Positions 35,024 through 49,752 of a stretch of 64,000 bases of DNA are shown one piece after another. Location: positions 248,001 through 312,000 of the forward strand of contig JALDTO010000142.1 of NCBI GenBank assembly GCA_023515725.1, given 5' to 3'. This DNA comes from Amoeboaphelidium protococcarum X5 (lineage: Eukaryota; Fungi; Aphelidiomycota). Below the pieces are notes generated by a model, which did no database searches, was not told where the DNA came from, and was given only the letters and a program-made list of their open reading frames with translations. Numbering within the stretch: the first letter of the stretch is position 1; every line of letters starts with the position of its first letter. Made by a program: the position numbers and the translations under genes.

Positions 35024-35487
35024 CTAACTAACTATATATTTTTATTGCTAATTATCTACTGTAAATATTATTTTAGCTGTAGATATACAAAATGGTAAAA
35101 GAGAGCGTTTGTAGTTGAGAAACGCGTTGAATTAAAAGAGACGATCGAAACAACACGCCTCTCTTAGCGCGTCTGTTCTGTCAGGCGATATCCTTCTCAC
35201 GCGTTTGCTTGCTCTTGGAAAGTGTTCGCACTCTTTTATTGCTTTTTCGGATTCTCTTCGCTCGCTAAACACTATTTTCAAGCTTCATTTTCTTCCATCG
35301 CGAAGTGCTCTTGAAACTTTATCATCGTCTTTGTCGCGCTGCCAATCAACAAAAGTTGTAAGGCTAAGGTTCGTGCATTTTCCGCCAATCTATTTTTCGC
35401 GTTTATCGTTCAGTAATCAGCCATCTAAAACATTGAGGGAAAAGAGATCACTATTCTTTGCAATTACCATCAAATCACATATAAAAA

Positions 35488-35889
35488 ATGGCCACCTCAT
35501 TAAATACTAAGCCGATTGTGAAGAAGCGTACAAAGAAATTTATTCGCCACCAGTCTGACCGTTATGCAAAGGTTGACTAGAACTGGCGTCGTCCAAAGGG
35601 TATTGATAATCGTGTTCGTCGTCGCTTCAAGGGACAGTATCTGATGCCAAAGATTGGTTATGGATCCAACAAGTTGACGCGTCATATGACTCCTAATGGA
35701 TTCTACAGGTTCCTCGTGCACAATGTTGAGGAGGTTGAGGTTCTGTTGATGCACAAGAGAAGATATGCTGCAGAAATTGCACATGGTGTCAGCTCAAAGA
35801 AGCGGGTTGCCATCTTGGAGAAGGCCAAGGCTCTCGGTGTTGTTGTATTGAACTCTGGTGCCAAGGTGCGTAATCAGGAGACTCACTGA
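35488..35889 (+). CDS. RPL32: 60S ribosomal protein L32 (eL32)
   Basis: [17 protein letters not shown]...[17 protein letters not shown]...[10 protein letters not shown]. Confidence 0.97.
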
Positions 35890-36074
35890 TCTTTTAGTGA
35901 TTATAATGATAATGATATACACCTGTTGACTGCATCAGTATTAAATATACACACTCACTCATAATAACTAGTTATCTTTGGTTTTTTATAGGAAGATATT
36001 GTTATGCTACTATTATGAATTTATTCAACTTCTTTAATCTCAGTCTAAATTATACTTTACCTAGTATCAGACAT

Positions 36075-39000
36075 TCATCTCTTTTCTTTAACCAACAGCT
36101 GAAGGAATATAAAGGCAACAACAATAAATACTATGAACATGTACACCAGAGAAAATACATCAGGCCAAAAGTTGTCCTTGTTGAAGCCAAAAGTCTTTAG
36201 GATAACAGTACCGGGCACTTGGATTGGAATTCCCACTTGCTTATCTGACAGCGATATATCAATCAGCTCATTGACAATCAGAGCCTCGAAAGCAAAGTTG
36301 TAGAATGACAAGTATGGAAGCCACTAGAATGCTGGGTGGATATTATCTTTGTTCAGAAGAAATCCACCAAAAAGCATACTAAACAGCATCCACATCACCG
36401 CGATGAGATTAGCTAAAGATAAATGATTACCACACAGAACAGCAATGACTAGACAGATACCGGCAGCGGTGAGATTGAACAGAACAAGCACAAGCAGAAA
36501 CTTACAAAAGGTGTACGCGGCTGGAGTAAGGCCAATCATGTAATAACTGATGGCGCCTAGTAGAACAGGTGGAATGACACGGAGCGGCAGAATGTCAAAT
36601 ATGATCTTGGTGATAAAGTACACGCCCACACCATAGAATCCAGCCGACCTCTCGCGCACAAACAGAGCCCTCTCCTTACTGAACACTTCCAATGAGCTTA
36701 ACGATGAAAATCCAAACACAGCTAGGATAAAAAAGAACACGCCAAGACGGTTCTAAAATCCGCCCAAGTCGTCTCGCACCTGCCAGAATAGCAATCCACT
36801 CAGCACAGCCAAGAGTATAGCAATTCCATAATGACCATACATCAAGAATGGATTCCGGTAAAAGTTGATGACTGTGCGCCAAGATAGGATTTTAAACTGC
36901 TCAAAGAATCCAGGCTTGGATTAAGCAGACACCGCAGTGGGTCTAGTTAAGCGAATCAATGAGTGCCAAACAGTAATCAGATGGTCTTTAACTGTACTCG
37001 ATGACTCTGATGATGGGAGAGTAGATATGAGCAGCTGATCATCTTCATCTAAAGGTTGATCCAGCGGCAGTCTACCATTACTGACTGATGTTTACTCCTT
37101 CTAGGTGAGTAGCGGAAGAGAATCTGATAATTCACTGTCATCGTCACCACTACCATTCAATTTGGCCTTGCTCATATTCTTACGCATTGTAGAGTACCGT
37201 GGACCATTGCTCTAATCCACATCTATCTATTCCGCGTCACTTTCATCACGATCACTATTCCTAGCGCTACGTAGCACTTGGTGGATCTCATCTTTCAACT
37301 CTTTACAAATCTAACTAGAGTAAAACGAGTCCACAAGCTTATACAAGTTGGGGCGCATCATTGATAAATCTGTCATATCGGCAAACTGAGGCTTAATGTA
37401 GTACTGAGACATGTCATTCACTAGCGGCTAACTGACACCATCACCAGGACTCTTCACATTAGACTGTGTTACCGCAGATGCAACGTAACCTCGACTAGTT
37501 ATATCAATCAGATAGTCGGCTATATTGCAGTTGGTAGGACATTTCAATCCAATTTCTTTCAAATACTTTTCGACAATACTATCACCAGATTACACAAGCG
37601 CTTCAATAGCAGCTTCATCTGCCAGCTTCTTCTCAGCCAGGAGTGAAGAACTCAGCGATGACTCGCTCTACAACCTTCCACTGTAAACCATATATCCACC
37701 TTCACCTAGTAAAAGCAGACGGTCAAACATATTAAATATATCACTACGAGGCTGATGTAAACTCAATACAATAGTTCTGCCATAGTTCACAGCCAACTTT
37801 TTTAAATTGTACACTACAGAGAACGCGTTATAACTATCAAGACCACTAGTAGGCTCATCCAGATAGAGAAGCGATGGGGATGGAATGGTCTCCAGAGCAA
37901 TACTGACACGACGGCGCTCACCACCAGACAATCCTCTTGAAGAGGAACCGTTATCACCTCCACCGCCACTTCCTGACGAGCTAAAGAAACTGGATAAAGA
38001 TGAACTGCCTCCAACTCTATTATTAGCAATGTGTTCAATGCCCAACTCTGCCAAAACGTCCCTGACACGTCGAACTTTCATTTCGTAACTCATTGACCTG
38101 GGCAGTCTTAGCAATGCACTGCAGAGCAAAGTTTCATACACAGTGAGTGTTGGAAGCAAAGAATCCTCTTGGTCAACGTATCCTGTAATCTATTTAAATT
38201 CAGCTCTGGTTGGAGTCTTGTTGTTAATGTACAGATTACCAGTAACTATTCCCTTCTTGGGTTTGCCTGCAAGAATATCTAGACAGGTAGTCTTTCCCGC
38301 ACCACTGGATCCCATAATAGCCATCATTTCGCCCGGTTTAACACAACCATATATTCCGCGGAGTACTCTCTTTCTAGAAACTGTAGATGACGAAGATGAA
38401 CCAAGATTATTGCCAGTTATCTCGTAACAAATGTTCCTAAATACCAAAGTAGCTGGCAATCTATGACCTTACATAATCTCCTTCTCCAACTACCGCGCCC
38501 GCTCCTCCTCTTCTCTAGACTCAAACTCACTACCCACCTGTCTGTACAACCTCTCACGCTCCATCCTCCTAATGCTCCAGTAGATCAAGTATCCAGTCAG
38601 GAGAAACAGAATAACAGACAAAGCAATCAAAGTTGAAATCTTGGTCCAATCAGCAGGCTTGGCAGGTACAACATAACCAGGAACTTCAGACTGGAAGAGA
38701 CACTCTCCAGAATCACATTGCAACTCAATAACAGGATTATTACCAAGCAAAAGTCCCAGCGAATCTCTCAATCCAGGCTCATCAAACTCACAATTATATG
38801 GACCATCAGCATTACGAAATCCATCTGGCTTCTTGCAAATCAGACTGGCGGGACCCCTAACCAAATCATCAAATACACCTTGCAAATCAACATCCACTCC
38901 GTCGTAAATACCCTTTCCACAGAGAAGCTCGTCGTGAATACACTAGCAGTCAATATTCTTACACAAACCACCCGTGACATTATATCCATCCACTAGCTAC

Positions 39001-39608
39001 TGTTAATCAAACTCACAATCAGTCATGCGGCAATAGAACGATTCACGATCATCCAACCAAAACTAGAATCTGCACACATTGGGAATATTATCAGGAGCTT
39101 TGGGCTGCACATCACAATTAAATGATGCATAAGCATGTTTACCATCAAGCATGTTCTTGAGAGCCACATTAACTATTTGACACTGCTGATAATTACTATG
39201 TACGGGAATGGCTCCCTTGTAGCAGGTTGCATTCTAACCCGCGATTCCTTCTGGATCTAGAAATTTGGTACACACATTATCATTCTAACAAACCTGGCAA
39301 TTAACACCAGACCATCCATCATTACACTAACACTGTTTCCCACGGCTGCCATCCAGAGGGAGAGGAGTCCGGTCCTCTGGCGGCATGTCCAGCGATCCAC
39401 ACAGAGGCAATCTGCAATCATCTGATCCCCATCCAGTAGGACAAATACACTTTCCATTCGCCTTGGAACACTCTGCATGTTGTCGGCACTTGTTATCAGT
39501 CAGCATACAATTAAAGCAGTTACAAGACCCATTGCCTTCCAATGATTCCACAATCTAGCTAAGTAGTACCACCACAGTAATCACAAATACAACTAAATTT
39601 TGTCTCAT
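36075..39608 (-). CDS. ADP1: ABCG half-transporter with an N-terminal EGF-like Cys-rich ectodomain (Adp1-type)
   Basis: Signal peptide; CFNC...[12 protein letters not shown]; Walker A GSSGAGKT; signature LSGGERRRV; LDEPTSGLD; ABC2 membrane domain. Confidence 0.92.
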
Positions 39609-40146
39609 TATTCTTTTTCAAAGTACTGAAATGTCGATACCAGTCAAGATGCCTATTTCAAATTAAAATCCAAGCAGATATACTCAATCACTAATAATAA
39701 CAGAAATAAGACGATTATTAATAATGAATGAATGACTGTGATGTGGTTGTTGTTGTTATGATGAGACAGACAAATGAGAGAAGAGGCCGAATCAGTCAGG
39801 AAATATTTTTCCCGCCGACAACTTCCAATAGCTGGTGATTACATTACGGTAAACAGCGAGAATCATTACCGAACAGTGCCACGAATAGAAATATCTGTCA
39901 GCGTTACGGTTGTCAGGGAAATTATGCGCCCAGTTTACGCGTATAGTACAAAAGATGTAATATCTCATTAACTGACAAATTAATAAGAGTATTATATATT
40001 TGATTTATAGTTCTTTCTCATTTCACTTTTAATGCTTCATAGTAGCAGTTAGTCGAAATCAAATTCTCTCTTTCAACTCCTAAGTGGAAACTTTACTGAT
40101 TAAACAACAATATCAGTTCTATAGCTTGTACTTATCTCGAATAAGT

Positions 40147-40647
40147 ATGATAAGAATTGGTAAATTTCTTTTATTGGTTGTCTTTCAAATTTACGCCACA
40201 GTTATGAATGCAGAGAGGGTAATCATAGTGGATGGTGATGTCTAAGTGGTCAATGTTCATTATGGTCAAATTAGTAATGTTTCAATACACCGGTACGACA
40301 CGTAGTCCGATTTGAAAAGTAAAAAGTTGTTTGACTGTCAAGTAACATGGCCTTCAGTGTATCCTTCAGAGTGCAAATGGTAAATAGACAGCACTTAATC
40401 CAGTAATGCTAATCTACGAGTTTACTGCAACTTTACTGGTATTCCTACTAAATTAAAGTCAATTTAGTAACATGAGTATGTTCCTACAAGTATTCGCTGT
40501 TATTCCTATGTATTTGGTGTAATTCCTCGATTCGTTGTACCGTTCATAGTAGCTCAGTTAATCCTATTTGCCTTGGGGTGGGTATCCTTTGATCGTGTCA
40601 TCTGGCCTCAAATCATCAAAATGATCTCTAAGAATCACACTGATTGA
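40147..40647 (+). CDS. Hypothetical type I membrane protein (166 aa)
   Basis: Signal-peptide-like start, then FDCQVTWPSVYP and a C-terminal hydrophobic segment; ATG to TGA in table 6. Confidence 0.6.
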
Positions 40648-40690
40648 AACTTCTAAATACAATTTTAATCAAAAATAATTCAACTCACAT

Positions 40691-41338
40691 TCAATTACTA
40701 AATGGCTTGGTATTGTAACAGGTTTTCATCATTTCAGTCAACAGGTGGGGAACGTCACAGTTGAAACACGCGCCGTTGTTGCGAAGGGAACGATCGCTCT
40801 CATTGTACACCGAGTTGAGTACGTCTCTCACCACACAAGCCTTCTTTCGCAGCGGATCCATTAATTTTGAGCATTATCCAGACAGCGAGGCTCTAATCTC
40901 TGTGCATAGTAGTTTCCTACATCTTGTGTCTTGATCTTTAATTGTGTTACCTGTGCCGGATTCACCAATACCGCCTGTCATTGACACCGCTTACAAGTAG
41001 GTGGCATCAAACGCGTGCACCAATTCATGATGAAGCGTGCTCTTTAAATCTTTACGATACTCTGCCTTGTGTGAAGATGTTCGGTCATAAAGTAGATGCT
41101 TATCTTTGTATTGGGAATCCGATCGGCTTATATTATCTGCGCATAGAACCACTCGTCTATTGTGACTATCATAATAGCCTTTCGAGCGAGAGTGATCATC
41201 AGAATCTGCGCATTAACGACACGTTACACCGCCCTTCAATCCATGATGATCACTCAGTTTGATCCACCTTAGAAATGATTTAGTGTCTTCCTCTTTGAGT
41301 AACTGACTAAGGATTTCAGTACATTCATCCACCTACAT
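40691..41338 (-). CDS. ATP23: Mitochondrial inner-membrane metalloprotease Atp23-like (peptidase M76)
   Basis: VVLCADN, TLHHELVHAFD (HExxH), CTEIRASLSGQC and ACVVR. Confidence 0.85.
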
Positions 41339-41488
41339 TGTATATTACAAATTTTTTACACGACAGTTTGCAGATAATAAGAGAAATCTGATCTTAAAAT
41401 AATCACTAAAGCATAAAAAAACATGCAAGAATTAAATTTAAAACTACGTTAATATTGGATAGTATAGTAAATGCTTATTAGATTAAAG

Positions 41489-42550
41489 TCATAGATAAAA
41501 TCTTTTGCGATCAACATCCATGTCAGGCTTGCGCAAGAACTCATACTCACCATTCTTCAAGTCATAAACTCCCTTCTGCAGAGCATCCAATCTAAGAGTG
41601 AACCGCGGACCAAGTTCTTACAGCCTCACCTTCGCACGGTCCTCTATTGGTGTGGAATCTTCTTGCTATTAAGTATCATCTTATTGAACGCCGGTGCTAC
41701 TGGACACTGCCTTCTACTCAAATATGTACCTATGCCTTCTGAAAAAGATAAAATCACGCTAGTTATGAAAGGTGGCAGCCTGCCTTCCCATAAACTACGG
41801 GACATGCGGGAACAGCGATGCAAAGAATCTACCAACAAACCTGCCTAAACGCGTATTAAAGTTATTCATAATCAACTCTGGCTTGTGGGCAGTGGCACGA
41901 CCATGCCCTTGTATCTCCTTTGATAATCTCACGTTAGAGAGTCTAAAGTATGCTGAAGGACCATCAGGTAGATGGATCAGAATCATGCCGCACATCTTCT
42001 TACGATGTCGGTCTTCTTCCACCACAATCAGATTATTATATCCGCGATCTACAGCAGCTTTGCAAATATCATTGATAGTGTAGAATGCACCAGATTTAGT
42101 ATGAGACTTGTGTGATGGACGTTTTACAAACTTGGCCTTGGGGAATATCGATGGAAGATCTTTACCGGCAAACGCGTAAGTTCTCTTGGACGGTCGTGGC
42201 GACGTTGTGATCAAGATATTCGGCTCTTGCTGAGTGCGCGGTGAGGACGTGCCAAAGTACGCGGAAAACTCATCCTGCTCCTCTTCAGCCAATAGCTCTT
42301 CATCCGCCTGCTCAAGCATACTCTCATCCTTCCTACGCATTGACTCTATTGTGTTCTGCTTGTGCTAGCTCAGCCTCTTCACTCTCAGACTATCATCCTC
42401 TTACTCTGCCTTTTTGCGCCGCTCCTTCATCTTTTTCTTCAATGAATTCATCACAATCTTATGCTTGGTATACATCTCTTGTCTCTTCATCTTGTTCTTT
42501 ACATCCGGGATGCCCTTTTCTTGCTCTTGTTTTAACTGCTCCTTCTCCAT
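41489..42550 (-). CDS. RPF1: Ribosome production factor 1 (Brix domain)
   Basis: [57 protein letters not shown] and [10 protein letters not shown]. Confidence 0.93.
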
Positions 42551-42764
42551 TCTAAACTACTATACTGTATATTGTTTAATTGATGAGCTTATACGACCTC
42601 TGATTATATTGTAATGAAAACACTGCAAAACGCCGTGAACCTTGACTATTGAAATGAAAAAGTTGAAAACAACAATGATCAAAAGACGGTTATTTCGCAA
42701 GTATATTTACAACTTTATAACATCATTTAAATCAGAAAACTCTTTGTAACAAATATTTGTAAAA

Positions 42765-43292
42765 TCAGCAAATCGCAAACTTCGATGCCATCTGAGTAGT
42801 ACCTGGACACGACCACGGTCTTACTTTGGCTTCTTGTTGAACTTCGAATATCGCCTGGTCCAGACTGGAGCGACGCGACTGCAAAGATTCAAACTGATCT
42901 TGAGAGCATCGATCGCCTTGAGGATTGAATTTATTGGCCAACCGGTACTCCCAAGTGTACTCGAACGCTACTGAATCTTCGCTGTGGAAGGACTGATAAG
43001 ATGCCTCACTGTCGTCGCTTTCAACAGAACAGGATCTTGTTCTAATCTGCGCCATAACACTAGGCCAAATGATTTTTGGTTCAAACGAGGCAACGACTAC
43101 CTTGTCCTCTGGCGGTGGATGAACAACAATGATCGGGATGTCAGGGCGTTTTTTTACATCAACGACGATGACTTGGCTCAATGGAGGCAACTCTTCTTGT
43201 TGAGCAGCACGGGAGGCCTTCTTGGTGCAGAATACGCGTCTCATGACCTTGACGACCGACTTCAATGGAGATGGCAACTTTACGCGGAACAT
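42765..43292 (-). CDS. Hypothetical protein (175 aa orphan)
   Basis: Clean ATG to TGA ORF with AT-rich flanks; no recognisable family. Confidence 0.55.
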   Translation of the reverse strand: MFRVKLPSPLKSVVKVMRRVFCTKKASRAAQQEELPPLSQVIVVDVKKRPDIPIIVVHPPPEDKVVVASFEPKIIWPSVMAQIRTRSCSVESDDSEASYQSFHSEDSVAFEYTWEYRLANKFNPQGDRCSQDQFESLQSRRSSLDQAIFEVQQEAKVRPWSCPGTTQMASKFAIC

Positions 43293-43765
43293 TGCACTGG
43301 ATTTTAAAACTTTTCAATTGATTTTGAATTGAATTGATATGTATGTGTGGGAAACCAAACTTAGAGCAAATAGAAGTCAAAGAATATTCTGCACCATCAG
43401 GTACTTTGATGCAGCCACACTGGGGTCCTGATAAGCTGAAGCCTTGTGATTGCACCATCATTAAAGCTATTTTTCAATCACATCTCAAGTTCCTTAGTTA
43501 CCTCTAGCAGCATTTTTCACGCTAATTGGCATTCTTAGCAGAAATAGTGTAAATGGTTTATCATCATAGTTGAATGAAAGCTGACTATACACGTTCCCGA
43601 GAATAATGATCAACATCCATACCTTTACAAGCACCTTTGATTCAACAGCCGTTACAACAACTAACGCGATCGCTTACCGTCATTAATTTCTTTGCAAGTA
43701 ACGCAGAGAATTATATCGCGCGGCGTGAAAGATTCACTCTATAAATCTCAGATCGTAAAAAAGTC

Positions 43766-44344
43766 ATGACACAATCCTTATAGCAGTTCCCGCTGGTAAT
43801 TAGCGGCCATGTTGTGAAAGGCTTCGGACGGGGAAGTAAAGAGTTGGGCATACCGACTGCTAATTTCCCCGATGACGTTGTGTTATCAAAGTGTTCACAA
43901 CTGGAGAACGGTATTTACTATGGCTGGGCCACTGTTGCCGATGCTATTTCCAATGATAATGCTTAATTATCTGACTCTATTCAATAACATAATCACGTCG
44001 AAGCTGACACCTTAAGCGATAGAGTATATCCGATGGTCATGTCAGTCGGCTGGAACCCGTACTACAAGAATGAAAAATAATCAGCGGTATGATGTAATCT
44101 TTAAAATCAATAATCTATATGTGAATGTGAGATGTGGAGAATGTAGGAAGTGCATATTATCCATAAGTTTGATAATGATTTTTATGGGCAGCTGTTGACT
44201 GTGGCAGTTCTCGGTTACATTCGACCTGAGCGAGATTTCGAATCGCTGGACGCGCTGATTAAAGAGATTCACTCAGATATTGAGACTGCATAGAGACTGC
44301 TCAAAAGTTAACAAGATTAAAAGCGTCTTATTTAACGTAATTGA
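43766..44344 (+). CDS. FMN1: Riboflavin kinase (intron 44088-44146)
   Basis: [52 protein letters not shown] and GYIRPE. Confidence 0.93.
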
Positions 44345-44432
44345 TTATAGAATGTAAAATGTATGCATTTACACAATCTTTATTTCCATATGACTTTTAA
44401 TTAATTAGAACTCTGAGCAAATACCAAAATAA

Positions 44433-46830
44433 TCATTGGAGACTCCACGGTTCACCAAGAGGCATGGCAGTTAGAAGTACTTATGGTAGCAGGGTAAGTA
44501 GCTGCTCCTTTAAGACATCATCATCACATTCCACAATCTCTAGAGATTTAAAATCAATTTTAGCTGTGCCGAATCTAGTCTTGACTTCCGCAGTTTATTA
44601 CTTTTGGTCAACTAGCACAGACTCTTCATCTTCCTGCGATTTATTAAAGTGCGCCTTCAAACACTCGTGCACAAACTTGATCTTGTCCTGTGGAGTTGAC
44701 AAAAATTGATCTGTGTTGAGTGGCATTATACAGTCATCCACAGCCTTGTTATGAGATTAATCACTATCATTATGATCTGTGTGATGGTGATGGTGGTGAT
44801 GATCTGATTTTGTCAACTTTACAGAGACTGGGTGACTTTCAATTTTAAAGATAAGAGCCATTACAGCATCAGCCAGTATATCATTGAGAAGGCTTCCTTC
44901 CCATTCCAGCAAAAGTTGACCCTGTGTATGTTATCGCACTTCAACTGCATCCAAGACTCGTAATGCTTTTGGTTTATTACTCTAATCGTGGTCTGAAGGA
45001 GAATCTTTGGAACTATCGTCCGCAGAATTACAACGGCCAAATGCAGCTTCCAAGTGATGTTAAAGCAACGAGAATGTTCCATTATATGCAATACACTGCC
45101 GTTGCAAGATCATTGTAGACTTCACTTCTGTAAATTCAGCCAAATCTTCACTATCAAGCAAGTGATACTGGAACTGCTTATTCACCAAGATACCAGACAT
45201 TCGCTACCCCTCCTGAGGTGGTTATGCTACAATACTACCAATAGCTTTGGCCATCTTCTCACCTCGAAAGTATAACTCTACAGCTTCAGCATTCTTGGGA
45301 GACCAAATCTTCATATCTCTCCGTAGCGAAGCACTAGCTTTATTGCCTGAATACTTATCTACAAGAGCATGCTTGAGGCGCATCATTTCGTGCTGTTCAC
45401 CATGAACCAGCACCAGATTCACAGGTCGCATCTCATCAATAAACTCACTATTCTATGAATAATCAACATGTGCACTGAATGAAATATATTCAACCTTCAG
45501 TCTTAGAGGTTGCCGTTTTCCATCTCTAGTGACCACCTCATCTGGTTGTAGTAGAATAGACTTGGCGAGTGTACCTTCCACCACATAGCCCGGTATAATG
45601 ACTCCATTCCTCTTATCGCCGCACCACCTGTCAAAAAGCTCTCGTGATAAGCCACTCTGCAACATCGCAGGGGACGCCATCATTACACAAGGGCCATTAT
45701 CATCGAATTAATCAATAGACTTCAAGTTGCTGATATGTTTAAATACAAATGGATTAACTCCAGATGCAAATTGCTACTTGATCTTGTTATTCATCATCCC
45801 GATGTACGTCTAATACACAGCCATACACTTCTTTGCGAGGGCGGAAGCATAATAGATAGGGATAGATTGCAGATCTGGCCGAGACTGCCAGTGCTCATCC
45901 AAAATAAGCAGCAGTTCCTATGCGCGCCCCAGAGCAAATGCTGGTATTAAACATCTACCACCACGCTATACAATCTCCTACACCAGACCGGTGAATCGCT
46001 TCTCTCTGGTGCCACGCGGCTCATTAGTCTACACTCCGTAAGTGGACTCGCAAATCATAACATCCGGTATTAGATGAGGTGGTCTCTCTGCGGCCATCAA
46101 GTGCCTATCCTCTTCACGCGAGTAATCTCCCGTATAAAATATCTTGGTGCCAGCGATTTCAATGACAAACATTGCAGCACCCAGGACATGACCTGCATTG
46201 TACGCCGTGAACTTGATATCTTCATACTCTATCGTCTAGTGGAAATCTATAGTCTCTATCCTCTCATAACTCAATGCTAGATCCTGCTCATTATACAGCA
46301 TATCCTCATCATCCTGGTTACTTGTGCTAACACGAACAAAATCAGACAATAACCATTTATAGATGGCCTTTGTGGGATGTGTCATGTACACTTTCCCTTT
46401 AAATTAAGTCTTTTACATAAAGTATGGCAGCGATGCAGCATGATCTAGATGGAAACTACAATAAACAATAAGACCATAATAGACATGTTAAAAGTAAGTA
46501 TACTTTTCATATAGTAATGGTGATAATAACTTACTGTGATATTAGCAAGAGATCAATAGAGGCGGGATCTATTTCATCAAAGAACGGCAATGCACTAATA
46601 CCGTTATATGCCGGGTGAATTCCACAATCAAGCATAATATTCTTGCCTTTATACTGCAATACTATACAACTTCTTCCCACTTCTTATCCGCCTCCAATAG
46701 GCATAATACTCTACACACACACCCGCTTATTTAGTTAATGTGCACGCGGTAAAGATATCAATCAACTTGCTAAAATCACACATCATACCAGCATATCTTT
46801 TTAAACTGAACCAGCGGCAGCTCTCTTCAT
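44433..46830 (-). CDS. YSH1: CPSF73/Ysh1 pre-mRNA 3'-end endonuclease (2 introns)
   Basis: [59 protein letters not shown] and LVHGE. Confidence 0.95.
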
Positions 46831-47124
46831 CTTAAAAATGATTATTAGATACTCTTTAAATTTCAGAAAGTGATATTATAAAGGAATCCAGTTAATATAT
46901 AGTAACAATAATAATAGTTATGATAAGTGTTAAGGATGGAACACAAGCAAAGAGAAAAGGAAGAATTTTCGTCGCGCTTAAAGGGCATCGTTTGATTAGA
47001 AGGATACTATGAACACACACACGATGATGATAGACTTAATACAGTGTCTATTGAAAACTGAGATACTTTAACTGAACTAATAAGAATAAATTTAGTGTAA
47101 TCAATCTGATAAATAATCATAAAA

Positions 47125-49332
47125 TCACGAATCGTCATTGTTGAAGAGTTCGTATAGCATACGGATGAGTAGCCATTGACGCACCCGTTCCACCTGACAT
47201 CCACGCATTACAACCCGGCTCAGCGTACCTTCACTCAGCGCCAGTGCTTCTTGCTCCATTACTCGCAGTGTCTCTGATCGCTTGTGTCTCCGGCCACGGT
47301 CCCAAGAGGCAGTCTTAACTTGTACATATTCCACCTACTAAGATTACTATAACTATTACTATAGGGGACTACGCAAATTCTACTAACTTGATTCAGACTA
47401 GGACTAGCTTTGTGATGTTTAACCGCTATTGGCATTATTTAAAGAATTAACAAGAGACCTCCTTCTGAGATGCAAAGGCAAAAGACCATCATTGGGGTGC
47501 TTCTTATCCACAGGACTAGTGACAGATGATGCAGCCGGAGTGGTATTCACACTACTACTTAAACTCTTGTTCGGACTCGATGCTGCACTAGAAAGACTAA
47601 CACCACCTCTACTGTACTGGCGAGATATATTCCTGGCCACAGATACAACACGTTCATCAATCTCCAGAGCCTCCAACTTTTACCAAAATCCATCATTCGG
47701 TCTAATCCATGGCCTCTATCTAAACACCGTGGCAAAAGCTTCAGCCAAAGTCATGGGACCATTAGGTATAAGACACTACTCGATGGATAGATCGTGTCGC
47801 GACAGCTTGTCTTACAAAATTGACAGTTTCTAATGACAATCGCCAGAATCTGAACCTCCCACCACCTAAAGTCTAATAAATTACAACGTGGAGGTCAAAT
47901 CTAAACAGTTATAGCGCGTCATGAGATACGCCAGGACTACGGTTGCACTTCTAGACACTCCTCCGTAACAGTGAACAAGAACCTTCTGCTTCTGTGACTA
48001 TAAAGACGCAATCAGAGCAGACGTAACCTTGAATAGAGATTCTATAGGTGAATGAGAAGCATCTTCAATCTCGAAATGGTGAATATGAAATTGTTACTCA
48101 GCTTGCTTACTGTTCAGTCTGTATATAGTGTATGATGGGCATTGTCTTTTATTGCTGGCTGTTGATCTCTTACCTGAAGTAGAAGATGTTACATTTGAGA
48201 CTAAAGATCCACCACCACTACCACTACCACTACCCCCAGTCTATGACAGCGGACTGAATAGTGGAGAGAAAAGCTAAGGCTCAGACAGCCAATCGGTGCC
48301 ATGACTCTACTCTTCCAATTCCCATAACTCTTTATGATCGTCCAGAGCATTAACAAATGACCCTCTACCACTCTGCTCAGGATCCAAAATCAGAGGATAC
48401 TCGCCCAGCGACAATATGTGGCAAATCCCATTCTATTCCAGTTCAGAGAGACGCGTAGACTGAATGCCACCCAGATAGAGAAAATCCGGAATTATAGCAC
48501 ATGGAGGATCATCATTAGTATTTCCATTCAGAGCAACTTACAATGATATCTATGACGCTGTAGCATTTCTGGATGGATTAGCAGGCAAACCTGTATTAGC
48601 ATTACCGGTAACGGGCGAGTCATTATCAGTAATATCCAAAGACTCTGCAATTTTGATAATATCAGCGGGTACACTAGAGGTGAACATGAACGGATACTAC
48701 GATTTAAAGGCAGATTTACCTCCGCGCAAGTACTTGAACCACCTGGCTTTAAACTTCCCAGTCACGGACGAAGATCCATGCCGTCTACTATCTGAGGTAA
48801 GCTTCTCCACCTATTTGATCATCTTTACAAATGTTATCGCTGGACAATTTAATGGTTGGGAAGATTCACTTTAAACAGCGGAAGATCCATTCTAATTATG
48901 AGACTATTCTATATGACCATTATGATTATGAGTCGCATCGGAGGATTTAGCTGAACTATCTTGTGTTAAATTGTCGCAAATAACAACGAAAGGACACTGC
49001 AGATTACTGAGTAGAGATCGCAGTTTCGTGTGACAAGTAATAGAATAAATAGCAGAACCAGGACTAGGCATGTCATACAACTATTGGCCAAGATCGCTGA
49101 GCTGATAAGAACCATAAATACACGCCGTACCAAGAGCATCCACTTCCTCACCATTATTACCTACAGATCGTTGAGGACTCAGATCGATCAAGAGCACATC
49201 CAAGAACCTATACCGCAACAGATACATCAGATCAGCGGGTGAGAGAGAAGTTTCCTCAACATCTTGCAACTGCTACAGCTGAGGTTGCTATTATTGTACA
49301 TGAGATGGAGAACCAGCACTTACTCCAACCAT
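47125..49332 (-). CDS. Dual-specificity protein phosphatase (MAPK-phosphatase-like)
   Basis: IIPDFLYLGG, VLVHCYGGVSRSATVVLAYLM (HCxxGxxR) and RPWIRPNDGF; long low-complexity N-terminus. Confidence 0.85.
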
Positions 49333-49752
49333 TTTAGTTATTATTAAATGCAATTATACGCAAAGAAGTTGTAAATTAGGTACAAAATGATGCGGTTGCG
49401 AAGGAGATATAATTTCAACAGCCAAGTAGCCTAATCCGCGCGGATACAAAAGTAAACGCAAGTCGTTAAGTATGAAAGCAAAAGCGTACAAGAAACTGGC
49501 GAATTTGCAGTAAGGAGAGTGAGAGTAAAGGAGAGAAAGACGGAGAGAGATCACACGACAAGACTGATCAAATCATAACAGGAGTGAGCGAAATATCAGA
49601 GAAACGAGAATAGGCAGAAATCGAACGCCACCCTTTCTCTTAGATCCATCATCATCATTAATCACTTAAAGAATAAATATTCAACTGAGTAATAGAATAC
49701 AAATTTAATAATTATTGAACATACTGAAATGAATTAAAGCGACCAGTAGCAT

